Positions 43,366 to 59,199 are shown, counted from the stretch's first letter. The stretch: 64,000 nt of DNA from Eledone cirrhosa (GCA_964016885.1 OZ024742.1:84010001-84074000); one strand, 5' to 3'. The notes: a model not told the origin generated them from the sequence alone. Numbers and translations: made by a program.

Positions 43366-43499
43366 GGGGAGGGGAGAAATGAGCTGCAACAGAAATGAAA
43401 CATGGATTACAGGTTAAAATATAGTCTAGATAGATGAGAAACAAAACGAGGATATAGTTTATGGAAAACCCAAATGATTTAGAAGGACATGATCGAAAC

Positions 43500-43850
43500 C
43501 ACATAATTTTGTATTGAAAATTTTGAAAGTAGGTTTATAAATATGAATTTTCAGCAAATTTTCGTAGCTGACTCAGTGGTCTAGCGGTAGGTATTAGAGA
43601 TGGTGGAGATCCTGGTCTTGGGTTCAATCCTGGTCGAGACGTACTTTTTCAGTTTATCTTTTACATCAATAGAAAAAAATTGAATAAATTTACCGAGAAC
43701 TCTACTCCCTACCAGGATCGATCTTCAGACCAGGATCACCACGGTCTATGATTCCTCCAACTAGGCAGTCGAGACAGCTACAAAAGTATTATGAAAATTA
43801 ATAAACCTACTTTCAAAATCAAAGTTAAAAAGATGTAGTGTCCCTCATGG
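43500..43850. mobile_element. Fold-back containing two convergent tRNA-like heads
   Basis: Plus strand: A-box TGGTCTAGCGG, B-box GGTTCAATCC, then TTTTT. Diverged inverted unit ~43700-43782; flanks attttgaaagtaggtttataa / ttataaacctactttcaaaat. Confidence 0.55.
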
Positions 43851-43944
43851 CTTTCCTAGACCTATTAGTCATATTTAGGGTAGACTTGTCAATCTTCTGG
43901 CTCTTTGGTAACAACCTATATATATATATATTGATATATATATA

Positions 43945-45567
43945 GGAAAAAGTTTAACCCCGACGGCAGAGCTCAAGCCGCTTCGACGGCTATTTCTGGA
44001 CTAAATTAGAATTTTTAGCGTGGTCATAAATAGCCGAACTTTTCAAGGGGTAATTCCTTATATGGGAAGATTATAGTTGTCAAAAGGATTGGTCAACATT
44101 TCTTGTAAACAGAATTAAATCTTTCATGTCAGTGGGTGGTGGCTGATCTTGCCTGTAGAACAATGAGGGAGTGGGTGGAGCCGGTCAAACGTTGAAAGTG
44201 AATTCTATACAGCAAATTCTAAGGAGTGTGTAAGAAATTAGGCTAGTTAGGAAGCAGGCGAAGAAGTATACTGAGAGTGGGTCGTTATAGAAATGGTTAA
44301 TAAATTGAGATTAAAAGATAATAAATAAAAAGAAAAAAAATTATATAGTAAAAATAATAAAACAAATTTCTAGAGTCTAAAGCAGTTGCTATATTTTTAG
44401 CTGGTATTGCGTTTTCGGCCAATACTATATATAATTTACTGAGGTGTGGGTACTGAGGCAACAGAAGCCCGATGGGCTGCCTTGGGGTAGGCGAAAGAGG
44501 ATAAAGGAAAAGGAAGAGGAGAGGGAGTGGAAGGAAGTGATAAGAAGCGATAAAGGGAAGAAGAAAAGAAAAAGAAAAAGAAAAAGAAAAAGGAAAAGAA
44601 AAAGAAAAAGAAAAAGAAAAAGAAAAAGAAAAAGAAAAGAAGTACATTTACTGGGGTTTCCCCTATCTTGTTCGGCAAGTGGGTAAAAGAAGGATGTTGC
44701 AGCCATTGTATACCCACCGGGATAATGAGGGGGTTTGAGGGCGAGGTAAGTCCTACACTATCGGTGTTTACAAGTTCGTATTTTTTGTTTAGGAGTTGGT
44801 TCTTCGTAAACACCATTTGTAATGTTTCCTCCGAGCATAAGTTACACGGACGGCGTCTTCCCGTGTAGGAGTTAGCTCCATGTAAGGTGGTAAGTTATGT
44901 TGTTATCTTGGAGGTCCCAGATGTGACTCGAAAGTGTAGTGACATGTCGCTGGGCCGGGTTTCGGAACGTATGTCGGTGTTGGTAGAGCCGGATCTTGAA
45001 GTCGCAAGCGGTTAATCCTATATAGGCTTTGTTGGAGGTTTCCGTAGCATTGGTAGATCACGTTACATTCTCGGCATCTGTTGTTGAGGGGGCACGTAAA
45101 TATATCAGGGCAGTTACACCTCCTGGTCGGCTCTCCACTAATGTCTAGGTTGTTTCCTACATAAGGGTTGAGTTTCTTGTAGTTTGAGGAGGCGATGTTT
45201 TGTGCGAAGTTGGGTGTGGTGCTGTAGGAGAGTTTGATAGTGTTTTTGTTGATTATGTTGTGGTAGCGGTGTTGTGGTGGGAAGTGTTTTTCGAAGAGCC
45301 TAAAAAAGATTTTCCCGATTGGTGTTGCCACCTCGGCATTGTGGGGAGGGTTGAACCACGTTACGTGACGTGAGCGGCGGCGTCGCCTGCTGGTTCCGCT
45401 AAGGGAAGCAGGATAGAAGGGGATTTCCTCCCGAAAGCCGCTTCGCTTGAGGGCCTGGTTGTAATGAGGCTCATGTTCATCGAATATCTGCTCATTAGCG
45501 GACAAATGAGATATGTGGAGGGAGATGTTTTTAACCAGGTTATTGGTGATGTTTCTAGGATGGTTAT
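43945..45567 (-). mobile_element. 5'-truncated Penelope-like element (RT thumb plus GIY-YIG, Naiad-like) with hammerhead at its 3' end
   Basis: NHP..I...I..LSAN..IF....YN.AL..SG, TWFNPP, IKLSYS.TPN, CNC....CPL...C...VIY, YIG.T, CNLC..E; hammerhead at 43972-44049; both ends in (TA)n. Confidence 0.9.
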
Positions 45568-45621
45568 ATATATATATATATGAGTTAAAGACATCTGTCA
45601 AATCAATTGTTGGTGAAGGTG

Positions 45622-45664
<43 letters not shown>

Positions 45665-45669
<5 letters not shown>

Positions 45670-46236
45670 ATACTTTGGGAGGGTCATGTTGCCAATAAGA
45701 AACACACGCACCAGTTGCTTTCACTTCAATTTAATTTATTAAATATTTATAAATTTACAAATTTCTGGTTGGTTGGTTGGTTCCACAACCAGATAGTTGT
45801 TTATATATATATAGTCATAGTTCTTTCGTCACACACTCTGTGACCTCTTCAGTGACTGGGGATTTCTTTCTTCGTTTCTGTGCCTTTCCTTTCTTCTATC
45901 CTACGCCATTTTGTTTGTGTGTCACAAACAAAATGGCGTAGGATAGAAGAAAGGAAAGGCACAGAAACGAAGAAAGAAATCCCCAGTCACTGAAGAGGTC
46001 ACAGAGTGTGTGACGAAAGAACTATGACTATATATATATAAACAACTATCTGGTTGTGGAACCAACCAACCAACCAGAAATTTGTAAATTTATAAATATT
46101 TAATAAATTAAATTGAAGTGAAAGCAACTGGTGCGTGTGTTTCTTATTGGCAACATGACCCTCCCAAAGTATAACAATATCGGTTTCAACACACGATTTC
46201 AGATAAAGAATCTTGCTAAACAAATTCAGAAACGAA
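45665..46236. mobile_element. Palindromic pLTR fragment of the 59200-61790 family
   Basis: Arms meet at ~45920; hammerheads at 45985-46029 (+) and 45812-45856 (-). Confidence 0.85.
45985..46029 (+). ncRNA. Type I hammerhead ribozyme
   Basis: agtca-CTGAAGA-g-gtcaca(gagtg)tgtgac-GAAA-gaac-TA-tgact. Confidence 0.78.
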
Positions 46237-46375
<139 letters not shown>

Positions 46376-46730
46376 CAATGTCAATTAGATCCCTAGGGAT
46401 TGATTTTTCTACAAGTTGAAAATATGTTATGTATACATATATATAAATATCTATATACACATGTACACATATACACGCACCCCTATATATATATATATCA
46501 TTAGGTTGTGAGTTCGATTCCCGGACCGGGCGATGTGTTATGTCCTTGAACAAGACACTTTATTTCACGTTGCTTCTTCTACCTGAAGTTGCGACTGATA
46601 GATAGTATTAGCAATTGGAAAGACCAATGGAAACGTTGTTTCCTCGGTCCGATTCGACGAATGTCGATCGTTCCTATATATATATATATATATATATACA
46701 TATATAAATGTACATGCACACATATAGACG

Positions 46731-46781
<51 letters not shown>

Positions 46782-47089
46782 GTTCGTGTGTATATATGTA
46801 CATTCACACATATACGCGCACTCCCATATTTTGAGTGAGTGAAAGACCAAAGGTCATTATTGAAAGTCTCTGGATTTCGGAAAATACATAAAATTTTTTA
46901 TTGGAGAAGGTAAGATATTTTTCCGCAAAAATTTGATTACACTCTTTTGTTTCCACTTATGTATTTTTTGAAAATGTTATTTATTCATTATAAAAATTAA
47001 ATAATTACATTCTATATGTAGGTGGGCCCCAATCATCTCCTGGCAACCAATATTTTTAGACCCAGTCCGCCACTGCATTCAGCATTGCA

Positions 47090-48090
47090 CTTCGCACAAA
47101 AGCGCCACACAGTCGTGCTTTTGTACACAGGGAGAAACCTTTTGTTGTCAACTGTGGGAGTAGCTCTCTAAACCTTTTAAATCCTATCCAAATTTCAAGT
47201 CAAGTTTATGAGGAGGTAAACTTAGTGGTTCCAGTGAGTTTAAAATTCAACAGGATAATTCACTATTTCTGATTGGTCAACAAATGTGTCAATAGTAGGA
47301 TTGGCAATTTCAAGGATAGCACATCAGAGTTTATAGCATTCAGCTTTACAGTTTTCAGGGCTAGAGTTGCCCTTTCACTTAATCATTTGTTATCTTTATA
47401 TTGTACACTTTATATTGTTTCTCTGATTTCACCGTTGTGCAAATAGGTGATGGATTTATTGCAACTTTATTGTCTACATGTACTCTTCCTTCTTCCAGGA
47501 TTAATAAGTTTTGAGAAAACTGTTCAGATAATGTATCACCATGGAGATATGCTCGCATAATTTTTCAAGCTTCAGTAATTTTATACAGTGCCAGAGTTGT
47601 TATTATTTAAAGCATGCATGAATTTTTATCAGCTTTCGTTTTCTTTAGAATAACTAGAAGGGTTTGTTTGAAATCACCAGACAGAACTACTGTTACACCT
47701 CCCGTTGGAGAATCATTATTTCGGATATCTTGCAATGATCTGTCAGCTTCAATGGCTCTCTCATGTAACATTGTAAATTAATCCTATATAATCAATTAGC
47801 ATCTAGTGAGAATTTCAGCTATTCCTGTATTCTTGCAGATTTCATACGGGATTTTCATTAGACCACATATCCAATGAAAGTTTGAAAATTGTATTGCCTA
47901 TACGGCCTCCAGGGAAAAAGGTTAAAGCAATATCTGATGACGCAACTGCAATTGCAATTCTTTGCAGTGTAACATTTACTAAAGGTATTTTCACGTGCTG
48001 CTGCCGATAGAAGAGAGCAGGAGTAACATGTTGAACTCGTTGATTGGACATTTGAAAGCGTAACGCTCAATTTTTTCTCTGTCATTATCT
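47090..48090 (-). mobile_element. Highly decayed Helitron Pif1 helicase remnant
   Basis: AIAVASSDIA.T.FPGGR...T.FKL matches the Helitron AVASSGIAATLL.GGRTAH..FKLP motif. Confidence 0.7.
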
Positions 48091-48266
48091 CTGTTTCTTC
48101 CTGTTAATGGGTTCCAACATTATTTTTCGACACTCAGACAAACAGAAAAACAAACATAAACATATTAATATAGGTTCAAGCTTGAGGAAAACCTATTCCT
48201 GAGTCTAAGGGCCTCATGCCAAGTTGGAATATAGTGCATAAGAGACAAATAGGCAAGCAAACGAAC

Positions 48267-48269
<3 letters not shown>

Positions 48270-48319
<50 letters not shown>

Positions 48320-48442
48320 ACAAAAATGTGGGTATGTATGTGTTTGTGTGTATATATATGAGTGTGTTTATATATATATATATGTGTGTAGATGTGTCTG
48401 TGTATATATATATATATATATATATGTATATGTGTGTGTATA

Positions 48443-48483
<41 letters not shown>

Positions 48484-48504
48484 ATATATATACGTGTGTT
48501 GTGA

Positions 48505-48549
<45 letters not shown>

Positions 48550-48964
48550 CGTGTATGTGTATATATGTGTAAAAAATATATATATATGTATATGTGTGTG
48601 TATGTGTGTATATGTCTATGTATTTATATGTGTATGATATATGTGTCTCTATATGTATGCGTGTGTGTATGTGTATGTGTATTTATATGGTATGTGTATG
48701 TATATGTATGTGTATGTATGTGTTTGTATATATGTGTATGTATATGTATGTATATGTATGTGTGTGTATGTGTGTGTATATATATATATATGTGTATATG
48801 TATGTATATCGATGTATATTTTATATTTTACTTGTTTGTATATATATATGTGTGTGTATGTATATGTATATATGTGTGTGTATGTATATATGTATATATG
48901 TGTGTATATGTGTGTATATATATGTATATATATGTATATGTATATATGTGTGTGTGTGTGTGTA

Positions 48965-48995
<31 letters not shown>

Positions 48996-49000
48996 TTTCT
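48270..49000. repeat. Compound (TA)/(TG)/(TATG) low-complexity tract
   Basis: Direct inspection; dozens of other (TA)n, (CA)n and (GA)n tracts occur across the window. Confidence 0.9.
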
Positions 49001-49590
49001 TGATATATTTCTTTTTTCTTTTTCTTTTCTTTTTATTTCTAAGTTTATAGATACATTTATAAATAGGCAGTTTGTTGACACCGTTGAATACTGACCTCTC
49101 CCCCCCCACCTAATTTCTGTATCTGGATCTAGATGTGTGTGGCAGTGTTTATGTGCGTGCATTAATGTCCATATGCTTATGATAATAGTATATACACATA
49201 TATATGTGTGTGGGGGTGTATGTGTATATGTATGTTCGTAGTTATGTGTATGTTTATGCGTATACGCGCGTGTGTGTGTGAGTGTACGAATATGTGTGAG
49301 TATATGAATGTGTGTATATATTTATTTTATAATTATGTATCTATACGCATTTTATCTGTAGATTATAAACTTACAGAGACATTAGCCTTGAATTTTTGTA
49401 TTTACATACATCTTTTTGGCATGCGTATGCATGTGAACACATATCTTTATGCATATCTGTGAACGAAGTTAATTACATGTATATACACACACTTAACTGC
49501 ATAAACTTTTTGTATTTTCATTGGTCAATTTGAATTCTGTTCCCAAACAGACCTGAAATTTTGAATTGTTGTTATTATCAATAAATATAT

Positions 49591-49745
49591 TTCATTATTT
49601 CTGAAGACGGCATATATATGTGTTTGGTATGTATATTTAATTTTGATAGTTTGTATAATTTTGTATAATTTTGTACATAGATCTGTTGAATATGCATGCC
49701 AATTCTAACACATATATATCCTAGAAACGATCGTTAAATAATGAA
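49591..49745 (+). ncRNA. Type I hammerhead ribozyme with long helix II insertion
   Basis: ttcattattt-CTGAAGA-...atatatatgtgtt...aacacatatatat...-GAAA-cgatcg-TT-aaataatgaa; 10-bp perfect helix I. Confidence 0.7.
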
Positions 49746-49799
49746 CTTTTATTGTTTAATATAAGGAACTGTTTCATTGTTTTATTCATTATTTTTTTA

Positions 49800-49849
<50 letters not shown>

Positions 49850-50136
49850 AAAGAATAGAGGTGTAACACACGAGTTGTGATATATTAGTAAAAGGAAAAG
49901 AAAATGGTGACAAATTTTTCCCAGTGAAAAATAGTTTAATTAGGAATAAGTAAAAATTAGTAATAAGTATTGGTTAGTATTCAGTTTTAGTTTTAAGTTT
50001 TTACCGGTTGCGCATTTCTAATGCTTTTCAAAAATAATTTTGAGATAGAGCGCCCGTGATGTTTGCTCTAATTAATATATATAGAGATACGCGTTTTTTG
50101 TGGGTGTTTGTGTGTCTGTATGTTGTGCGTGTTTGA

Positions 50137-50256
<120 letters not shown>

Positions 50257-51058
50257 ATATATATATCAATAAAAAATAGATTTGTCTTTAATGTTTTACG
50301 ACATCTCAATGAAAAGATATCGACTCAGAGAAGCAATGAAACATTATTAAGCTGAAGCCATAATCTCGATGTAGGGGAGGAAGGATATAAGCTAGAAAAC
50401 TAAAATAAGTCAATTTTACTCATATTAAATCCCCAGTTCAATTAATAGTTCAATGGCGCAAGCTGTTGACACCATGCGGTTTCGAAAACAACATGGCTCT
50501 GTATGCTATCTATTTAATATTTTTTCTACTTCAAAACATTTCCACCTGAAGACGGAATAATTCTTCCAGTATTGGTTATTTTAATATATTGAAATAATTA
50601 ATATAGTTTCTTATTTCAAGACACCACAGTTGGTGATTCAATATGAGTAAATCAGACTTATTCTAGTTTGTCTAACATATATACTCCTAAATCGAGTTTT
50701 TGGCTTAGGTTTAATATGTTTATATATATAAGTGGGGTCCTTTCTTGCTCACACCTCACTCGCGTCGGACCGTCTGTTGTCTCTCGCTCATGAAATCCAC
50801 ACAGCTTAAGCTGATCGGACTCCCATGTGCTTGTTTTTTCCTATCTTTGCGTTGCTATCCTTCTATGTTTGTTTACTTTTCTCGCTCGCTTTACGCGATT
50901 TACTTGTCCCAATAGCTTTATTTAGCTATTGCTCGCACCAACTGGAGGTATATGATTTTTAAAGCGATGAAATACCAATGAAGGTTGGAAAATCACTGAT
51001 GAAGGACTATTTTTATCATATGTAACCCATGTGCAACCACGCAGTATTCATTCTTATC

Positions 51059-51139
<81 letters not shown>

Positions 51140-51144
<5 letters not shown>

Positions 51145-53770
51145 TTAGTTAAGCAAAACAAGACCACAAATTTCACAAGGAAGATATTATTAAAAGATTG
51201 TCAACATTGATAGGATAATCCCTGGGATACGGGATTATATCACCTACAAGTTGTGGTCCAACACCGGCCAAGTCATTAGATGGTTCTCCGATCTAAGGTC
51301 CAAGCAATCTATGAGGTTCGTCCAATTTGACATAGACAGCTATTACGCGTCAATAACCCCGGAACTGCTCAACAAAGCATTAGCCCTAGCCACCACCAAC
51401 TCGGACATAACCAATAATGAGATTGACATCATACTTATGGCTAGGCAGACTATCATTGAATTCAACGGAGCACTCTGGACTAGAAAAGATAGAACAGACA
51501 ACTTTGACATTACAATGGGCTCAAGTGACTCCGCGCAAATCACCGATTAGTTGGGATTTACCTACTACGTAACATCAGAGCCGAAATCCAACCCATGCAA
51601 GGCGGAATATACAGGGACGACGTCCTATTTGCAGTCCACAATTGCACTAATCGGGGAATCGATTTGCTAAAGAAACAACTACATAGATTCTTCAAAAATA
51701 ACGGTCTCTCTATCACCATCGAGCCGAACCATAAAGTAGTAAACTTCCTAGATGTCACCCTGGATCTCAACAATAACCTATATAACCCTTACCATAAACC
51801 AGGTGAAATACTCACATATATTAGCCCGCACTCTAACCACCCACCGGCAGTCATCAGAGCAGTAATCAAATCTATCTCCTATAGGATCTCAATGCTATCA
51901 GCAAATGAGGAGATATTTATAAACCACGCACAATATTATAATAAGGCTCTCTCTGAATCTGGTTATAAACAATCAATTTATTACATACCTAAATGCCATA
52001 ACACAGCAATTCACCATAATAAACTTAACACTAGAACCACAAATACCTTAGCATATAGCCAGATTCGCCGGAATTTTAGCAGTAACAGCACCTATACAGG
52101 GAACTTTAATGGTGGCAGCGGCCTGCTCCTCACCCCAAGTAGCAAACTAAAAATCAACCCTAGAATAGGAATGAGAAATGGGATGACAAATAACAAATCC
52201 CCAGGTAATAATAACCCTAGGAAGGCCCCTACCAACTCCACTAGAACCCCTAGAAGGAATAGACCTAGAAATATCACCTGGCTTAACCCCCCATTCTCAT
52301 CTAATCTAGCCACTAATATCCCCAAACGCTTCTTCTCTATCCTATCTCCCGCCAACCATAGATATTACAAACTCTTTAATAAAAATAACATTAAAATCTC
52401 ATTCTCCACAACACCTAACCTAGCTAGCCACATCGCGTTCAGTAACCATCATAAGCTAAGACAGTATAACTCCCACACTGCGGTACCACCACCCAATAAT
52501 TACTCTAGTAGCACACCTCCCCCATCTAATCCTTCTAGCACGGACCTACCGCTTAGGTTAAACAACCCTACTCTCACTAAGCGCAGAAGCAACTGCAACT
52601 GCCGTTACCCCAATGCATGCCCATTAAATGCACACTGCCTGACACCCAACATAGTCTATAGGTGCACGGTTAAGACTGCTTCGAATACCAGCTCTTATAT
52701 CGGGTCTACCTCTAACCCTTTTAAGGTACGCTATAACGCGCACTCTTTTTCCTTCCGAGACCCTAGCAACAGATGTTCGACATCGCTAGCTAGGCTCATT
52801 AAAAACCTTAAATTAAACAACGTTCAACACTCACTAAAATGGGATATCGTGGCTAGGGCCCAACCGTTCAATGGACGAAGAAAATCTTGTGATCTCTGTA
52901 TTACGGAAGCATATTACATAACTCTATCACGACCTCTACCGATTAACGATAGAACGGAGGTTACTATTAGCTGTCAACATCGAAGGGCTAATTCCTTCGC
53001 CAATAGAATTTTTGACCCAACTTAGTCATGTAGCCCCATTTTTACTTGTAGCTAATAAGTTAAATTGCTATGAACAACTCGATAATTATAAGTTACCTCC
53101 CCTACATTGTCTCTCAATTAAAACAAATTAAAAAATTAGCACTTAACTATAAACACCCACAATTTCTAATCGCTCGAGAAGTTACTTCCCCTGAAACCAC
53201 CCTCTAATTAGTAAGGTAAATATGCCCTTTGGCAGCCATCTTGTTACCCATAGGCAGATCTCACACAATGCAGCCTCGACAGATGAATACTGCTTGATTA
53301 TGGCTGACAACTGATGCAACCAAGACACCATAGTAAAAACAAATATATGGAACATTATATTATGTAACATCTCATTATTTTAATTTATATTCCTTTGAAG
53401 TTCAGATGAACCGCTCTGTCTTTTAAATATGTTAATTATTTTCAACTGAACCAGATCAATTATGATATATAGTCATCTGATCCAGAAATATTATATGGAA
53501 TAGCGAAACAATTGTAAACGGGCATTATTATTATTAATATTATTATTATTATTCTCTACATTCCTTACATCAAACTAAAATATGTTGACAATCTTTTAAT
53601 ATTGTCTTCTTGTGAAATTTGTGGTCTTGTTTTGCTTAACTAATGAATATTTCCAGCTCTGCACACCTAACTTCTGCATGAACCCAGCCACCTAGCTGAT
53701 TTCTACTGCATATTGCACATTGAGCACATGCCTTTACGCTTTGGCTTGTAACTAATTCACCAATCTCTCC
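51140..53770 (+). mobile_element. 5'-truncated Penelope-like retroelement (RT plus GIY-YIG, Naiad-like) with inverted 5' terminal segment
   Basis: 51140-51210 is the reverse complement of ~53580-53651; inserted in (TA)n; right boundary approximate. Confidence 0.92.
51251..53025 (+). pseudogene. Penelope-like RT/GIY-YIG ORF with a single frameshift near 51547
   Basis: FVQFDIDSYYASI, FDITMGS.D.A.I.D, GIYRDD, VNFLDVTLDL, SNHPP, WLNPPFS, CNCR....CPL...CL..NIVY, SYIGST, CDLC..E, CQH. Confidence 0.92.
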
Positions 53771-53825
53771 TCTCATATCTCCTCTCCTATCTCCATCTCT
53801 CTCTTTAAGATTGGTTACTCTTGAA

Positions 53826-53867
<42 letters not shown>

Positions 53868-53871
<4 letters not shown>

Positions 53872-54608
53872 AAATGAGTTTCTTTTTTTAAATGAAAAAA
53901 AAACACGTTATGTCCTACACGAGTGAAAGTAAGAGGAAAAAAAATCGAAAATGCAACTCGATTCTTTTTAGAATATTTATTTGTTTTCTTTACCTGTTTC
54001 ACAGTTCTTATGCTTTTCAAAAGTAGAATTAAGATGGAGGGTTTGTGGGTTTTCTCGCATCTGGTTGGTGTTCGAATGTTATTCCGGTTTTACGTGGAAA
54101 AAGCGGCTCGAATTGCATGATTAAAAAAAAAGAAAATTTGGTTGATTAATGACTGTTACGTAAATAACTACATCAACTTTCGTGCCAGCCCATGCTAACG
54201 TGGGAGAATGAACATAAAACGGTGATGATACATATATATATATATGAAGAAAAAAAGATGAAATCGAAAATGCAACTGGAGTCTTATTTAAAAATATATA
54301 TATATATTTATTTGGTTCCTTTACCGGTTTCGCAGTTCTTCTGATTTTCAAAAGTAGAGTTGAGATGGAGGGTCTGTGGTTTTTCTCACATCAGATGTGA
54401 GAAAAACCACAGACCCTCCATCTCAACTCTACTTTTGAAAATCAGAAGAACTGCGAAACCGGTAAAGGAACCAAATAAATATATATATATATTTTTAAAT
54501 AAGACTCCAGTTGCATTTTCGATTTCATCTTTTTTTCTTTATACTTTCACTCGTGTAGGACACCTCGGTTATTTTTCATTTTGTAAAAAAAAACCTCACT
54601 TTCTAATA
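53868..54608. mobile_element. Fold-back copies of the 4151-5338 family, including a palindrome centred near 54393
   Basis: 54247-54392 is the reverse complement of 54394-54540; U3-A8 hammerhead at 54432-54467. Confidence 0.75.
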
Positions 54609-55940
54609 TATATATACATACACTATGTTAATTAGTTTAATCATGATGAAACCATGGTATGAGCAAAATGTAGGTAAAATTATAAATTGCTAAAATATAT
54701 TTTCTGCTTGCTATATTCTTAACACTAATATACTGTATAGTATAATACCTAAATATGATTCTGCATAAATAATGCGCTGCAAACTATAGATTTAAACTGT
54801 ATAAAGCATATTTGAGCTGATTAATGTATAATATGATTGAAATAATTTTTTGGTTAATCTATATATTTATATAACTCTTAGGTTCTTCCGCACCGTTTGG
54901 ATTTGGTTGGCTCAGCGTCTCCTGGAAATACTTCATCCATGTCTGGTCCTGTTTTGCTCCTGTGGTCATTTATTGTCATTTATGTCCTTCACTGGCATGT
55001 TGTCACCACTCGACACTCACATCATCTCCCTCACGATGCGGAACACTGTTTTCGTGTCGTTGCGACCAGCAGCTTCCTCTGCTTCAGCATCTTTTTTCTC
55101 CAGCCAGACACATTTGTCCTGCCGGCAGCTTCACTTTACTAGTCGGTCGATTTGGCGCTCGTGTGTACCCCTCCTCCCACATATACACACACATAAAATT
55201 GATCGTTCTAATTTTCTGTAGGCATAAAGCAGCTACCAAGTTCTCTAACTTCAAACCGGCATGATTCGATCCAGCAATCTCAGAATTCAAGCAGAACCAC
55301 CCGGGTTTTAATGTACTAGCTCCACACCACTCCACTGTTATTAGCTGTCAACTGACCAACCGATCATTAAATCAACATCATAAATCTCCCAACATTTCTT
55401 CCACTCTCTCTCTATAACCGCATCACCTCCATTAAGATAAAACAATCAGTCTGCCAGACCTTAATCACCCATATATCATCACTGCTCCTTTCACTTTTTA
55501 TTCTCTATCTATCTACTTCTTCCCCGTCCTTAGTCCTACCCGTTATGTCTCATCCTCGAATCCTTATCCTCACTCTCTGTCTCCTGTCTCTTATCTCTTT
55601 CTCTCTTACTTATTTTTGATTTTAATCCTCTGAGATTTGATTGTACCGCTTACATTTATACTACATATCATGTATTTCGTATTTCTTTTCATGTTATTGT
55701 TATCTTTACCGTCATCACTATTTTACACATCCACTTACTCCCCATTATAACTTTAACTACCACCACCACTACTACTATTATCAGCAACCGTATTCCGTAC
55801 TTATCTTTTACTTATTTTTTACATCTTTATCATTTTCATTTTCACTTCTTTATTATTATCTTTTATTATTGACGTTATTGTTTTCATTCACTTGATTCTT
55901 CGATGTATCTATAAATACCAATGCCATGTGTTACACCCTC

Positions 55941-56052
55941 CAGTATTCCGATGATTTGATCAGAGACACACACTGTATTTGAGGTCGAGTGACGCAAGTT
56001 CGAGTTATTAGCGGCCTTTGGATTCACCTGATCAATGAAATTGTTAATACTG
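55941..56052 (+). ncRNA. Type I hammerhead (U4C, long helix II) at the 3' end of a decayed Penelope-like tail (~54880-56085)
   Basis: cagtatt-CCGATGA-tttgatcag...ctgatcaat-GAAA-ttg-TT-aatactg, then AATAAA. Confidence 0.62.
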
Positions 56053-56203
56053 TAAATAAAACCCTTTTTGTACAGCCGACCATGTATACATATACATATA
56101 CATATATATATATATATATATATTTATTAAAATAACAGATTAAAGTTTAAGCAAAGAATCGCTGCTTTCACCCTGAACGGGATCTTCATATATATATATA
56201 TAT

Positions 56204-56294
<91 letters not shown>

Positions 56295-56422
56295 ATATAT
56301 ATATATATATATAAGTAGTTCCACAATAGTTAGTTCACCATATGGTGTGGAACTACTTCTACCAACCTCGTCACATGGACTGAGTGCTCTACTACTACGG
56401 ATATAACCCACCAGCGTTCTGC

Positions 56423-56459
<37 letters not shown>

Positions 56460-56833
56460 AGGTGAGTTTTATTGTAGCACAATAAAGCAATGCAAATATC
56501 GGATAAGTAGCACTCTACAGTGTGTAGGACTGGAGTATAAATAATATAAGATCAAAAGATGGTTAAAAGAGTTCCAAGTATTTTATTATGCGCATTTCAA
56601 AAACAAATATCATCATGAGATGATATCTGCGTTTTCTCTCTCTCTATCACCCATCTCTCCTCCTCTCTCATCCTCCCGTACCATTCTTTACTCTCATCTC
56701 CTCCTCTTCCTTACCCTTTCCACCCCCCTCACTTTTTCACAATATCACACATCAATCTTAAATTATTTTTCATATGTTTATTTAAAATTTCACTATTCAC
56801 AAGTGTTTTTTAACCTTCATATCATGTATCCCT

Positions 56834-56902
56834 ATTTTATCTGATGAAAACGCAGATATCATCTCATGATGATATTTGTTTTTGAAATGCGCATAATAAA
56901 AT
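56834..56902 (+). ncRNA. Type I hammerhead ribozyme in fold-back 56457-56940
   Basis: attttat-CTGATGA-aaacgcagatatcatc(tcat)gatgatatttgttttt-GAAA-tgcgca-TA-ataaaat. Confidence 0.82.
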
Positions 56903-56933
56903 ACTTGGTTCTCTTTTAACCATCTTTTGATCT

Positions 56934-56966
<33 letters not shown>

Positions 56967-57177
56967 ATCGATTTCCACGTGCTATTAGAAATGGTGGGTA
57001 AATATTCTATAGCTGTTGATCGCGGATAGATAGCTATTGTTTATTTATCTATTGTTTCTTCATAGGTGCCTTTTAATCTTATAGCCTTGTTTAATTGTTT
57101 TTTTGTGTGGTTGATTATGCTGATTGGGAGAGGAAATAATGTATATATTTTATCAAATGATTCTATGGACGTACTTT

Positions 57178-59080
<1,903 letters not shown>

Positions 59081-59154
59081 ATACATACATATATATATAT
59101 ATACATATATATACATATATATATACACATTTGTATATATACATACATGTATAA

Positions 59155-59199
<45 letters not shown>

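Noticed and set aside
44540-44640. Poly-KR 'protein' ORF
   Set aside because: (GAAAAA)n simple repeat in a Penelope 3' tail.
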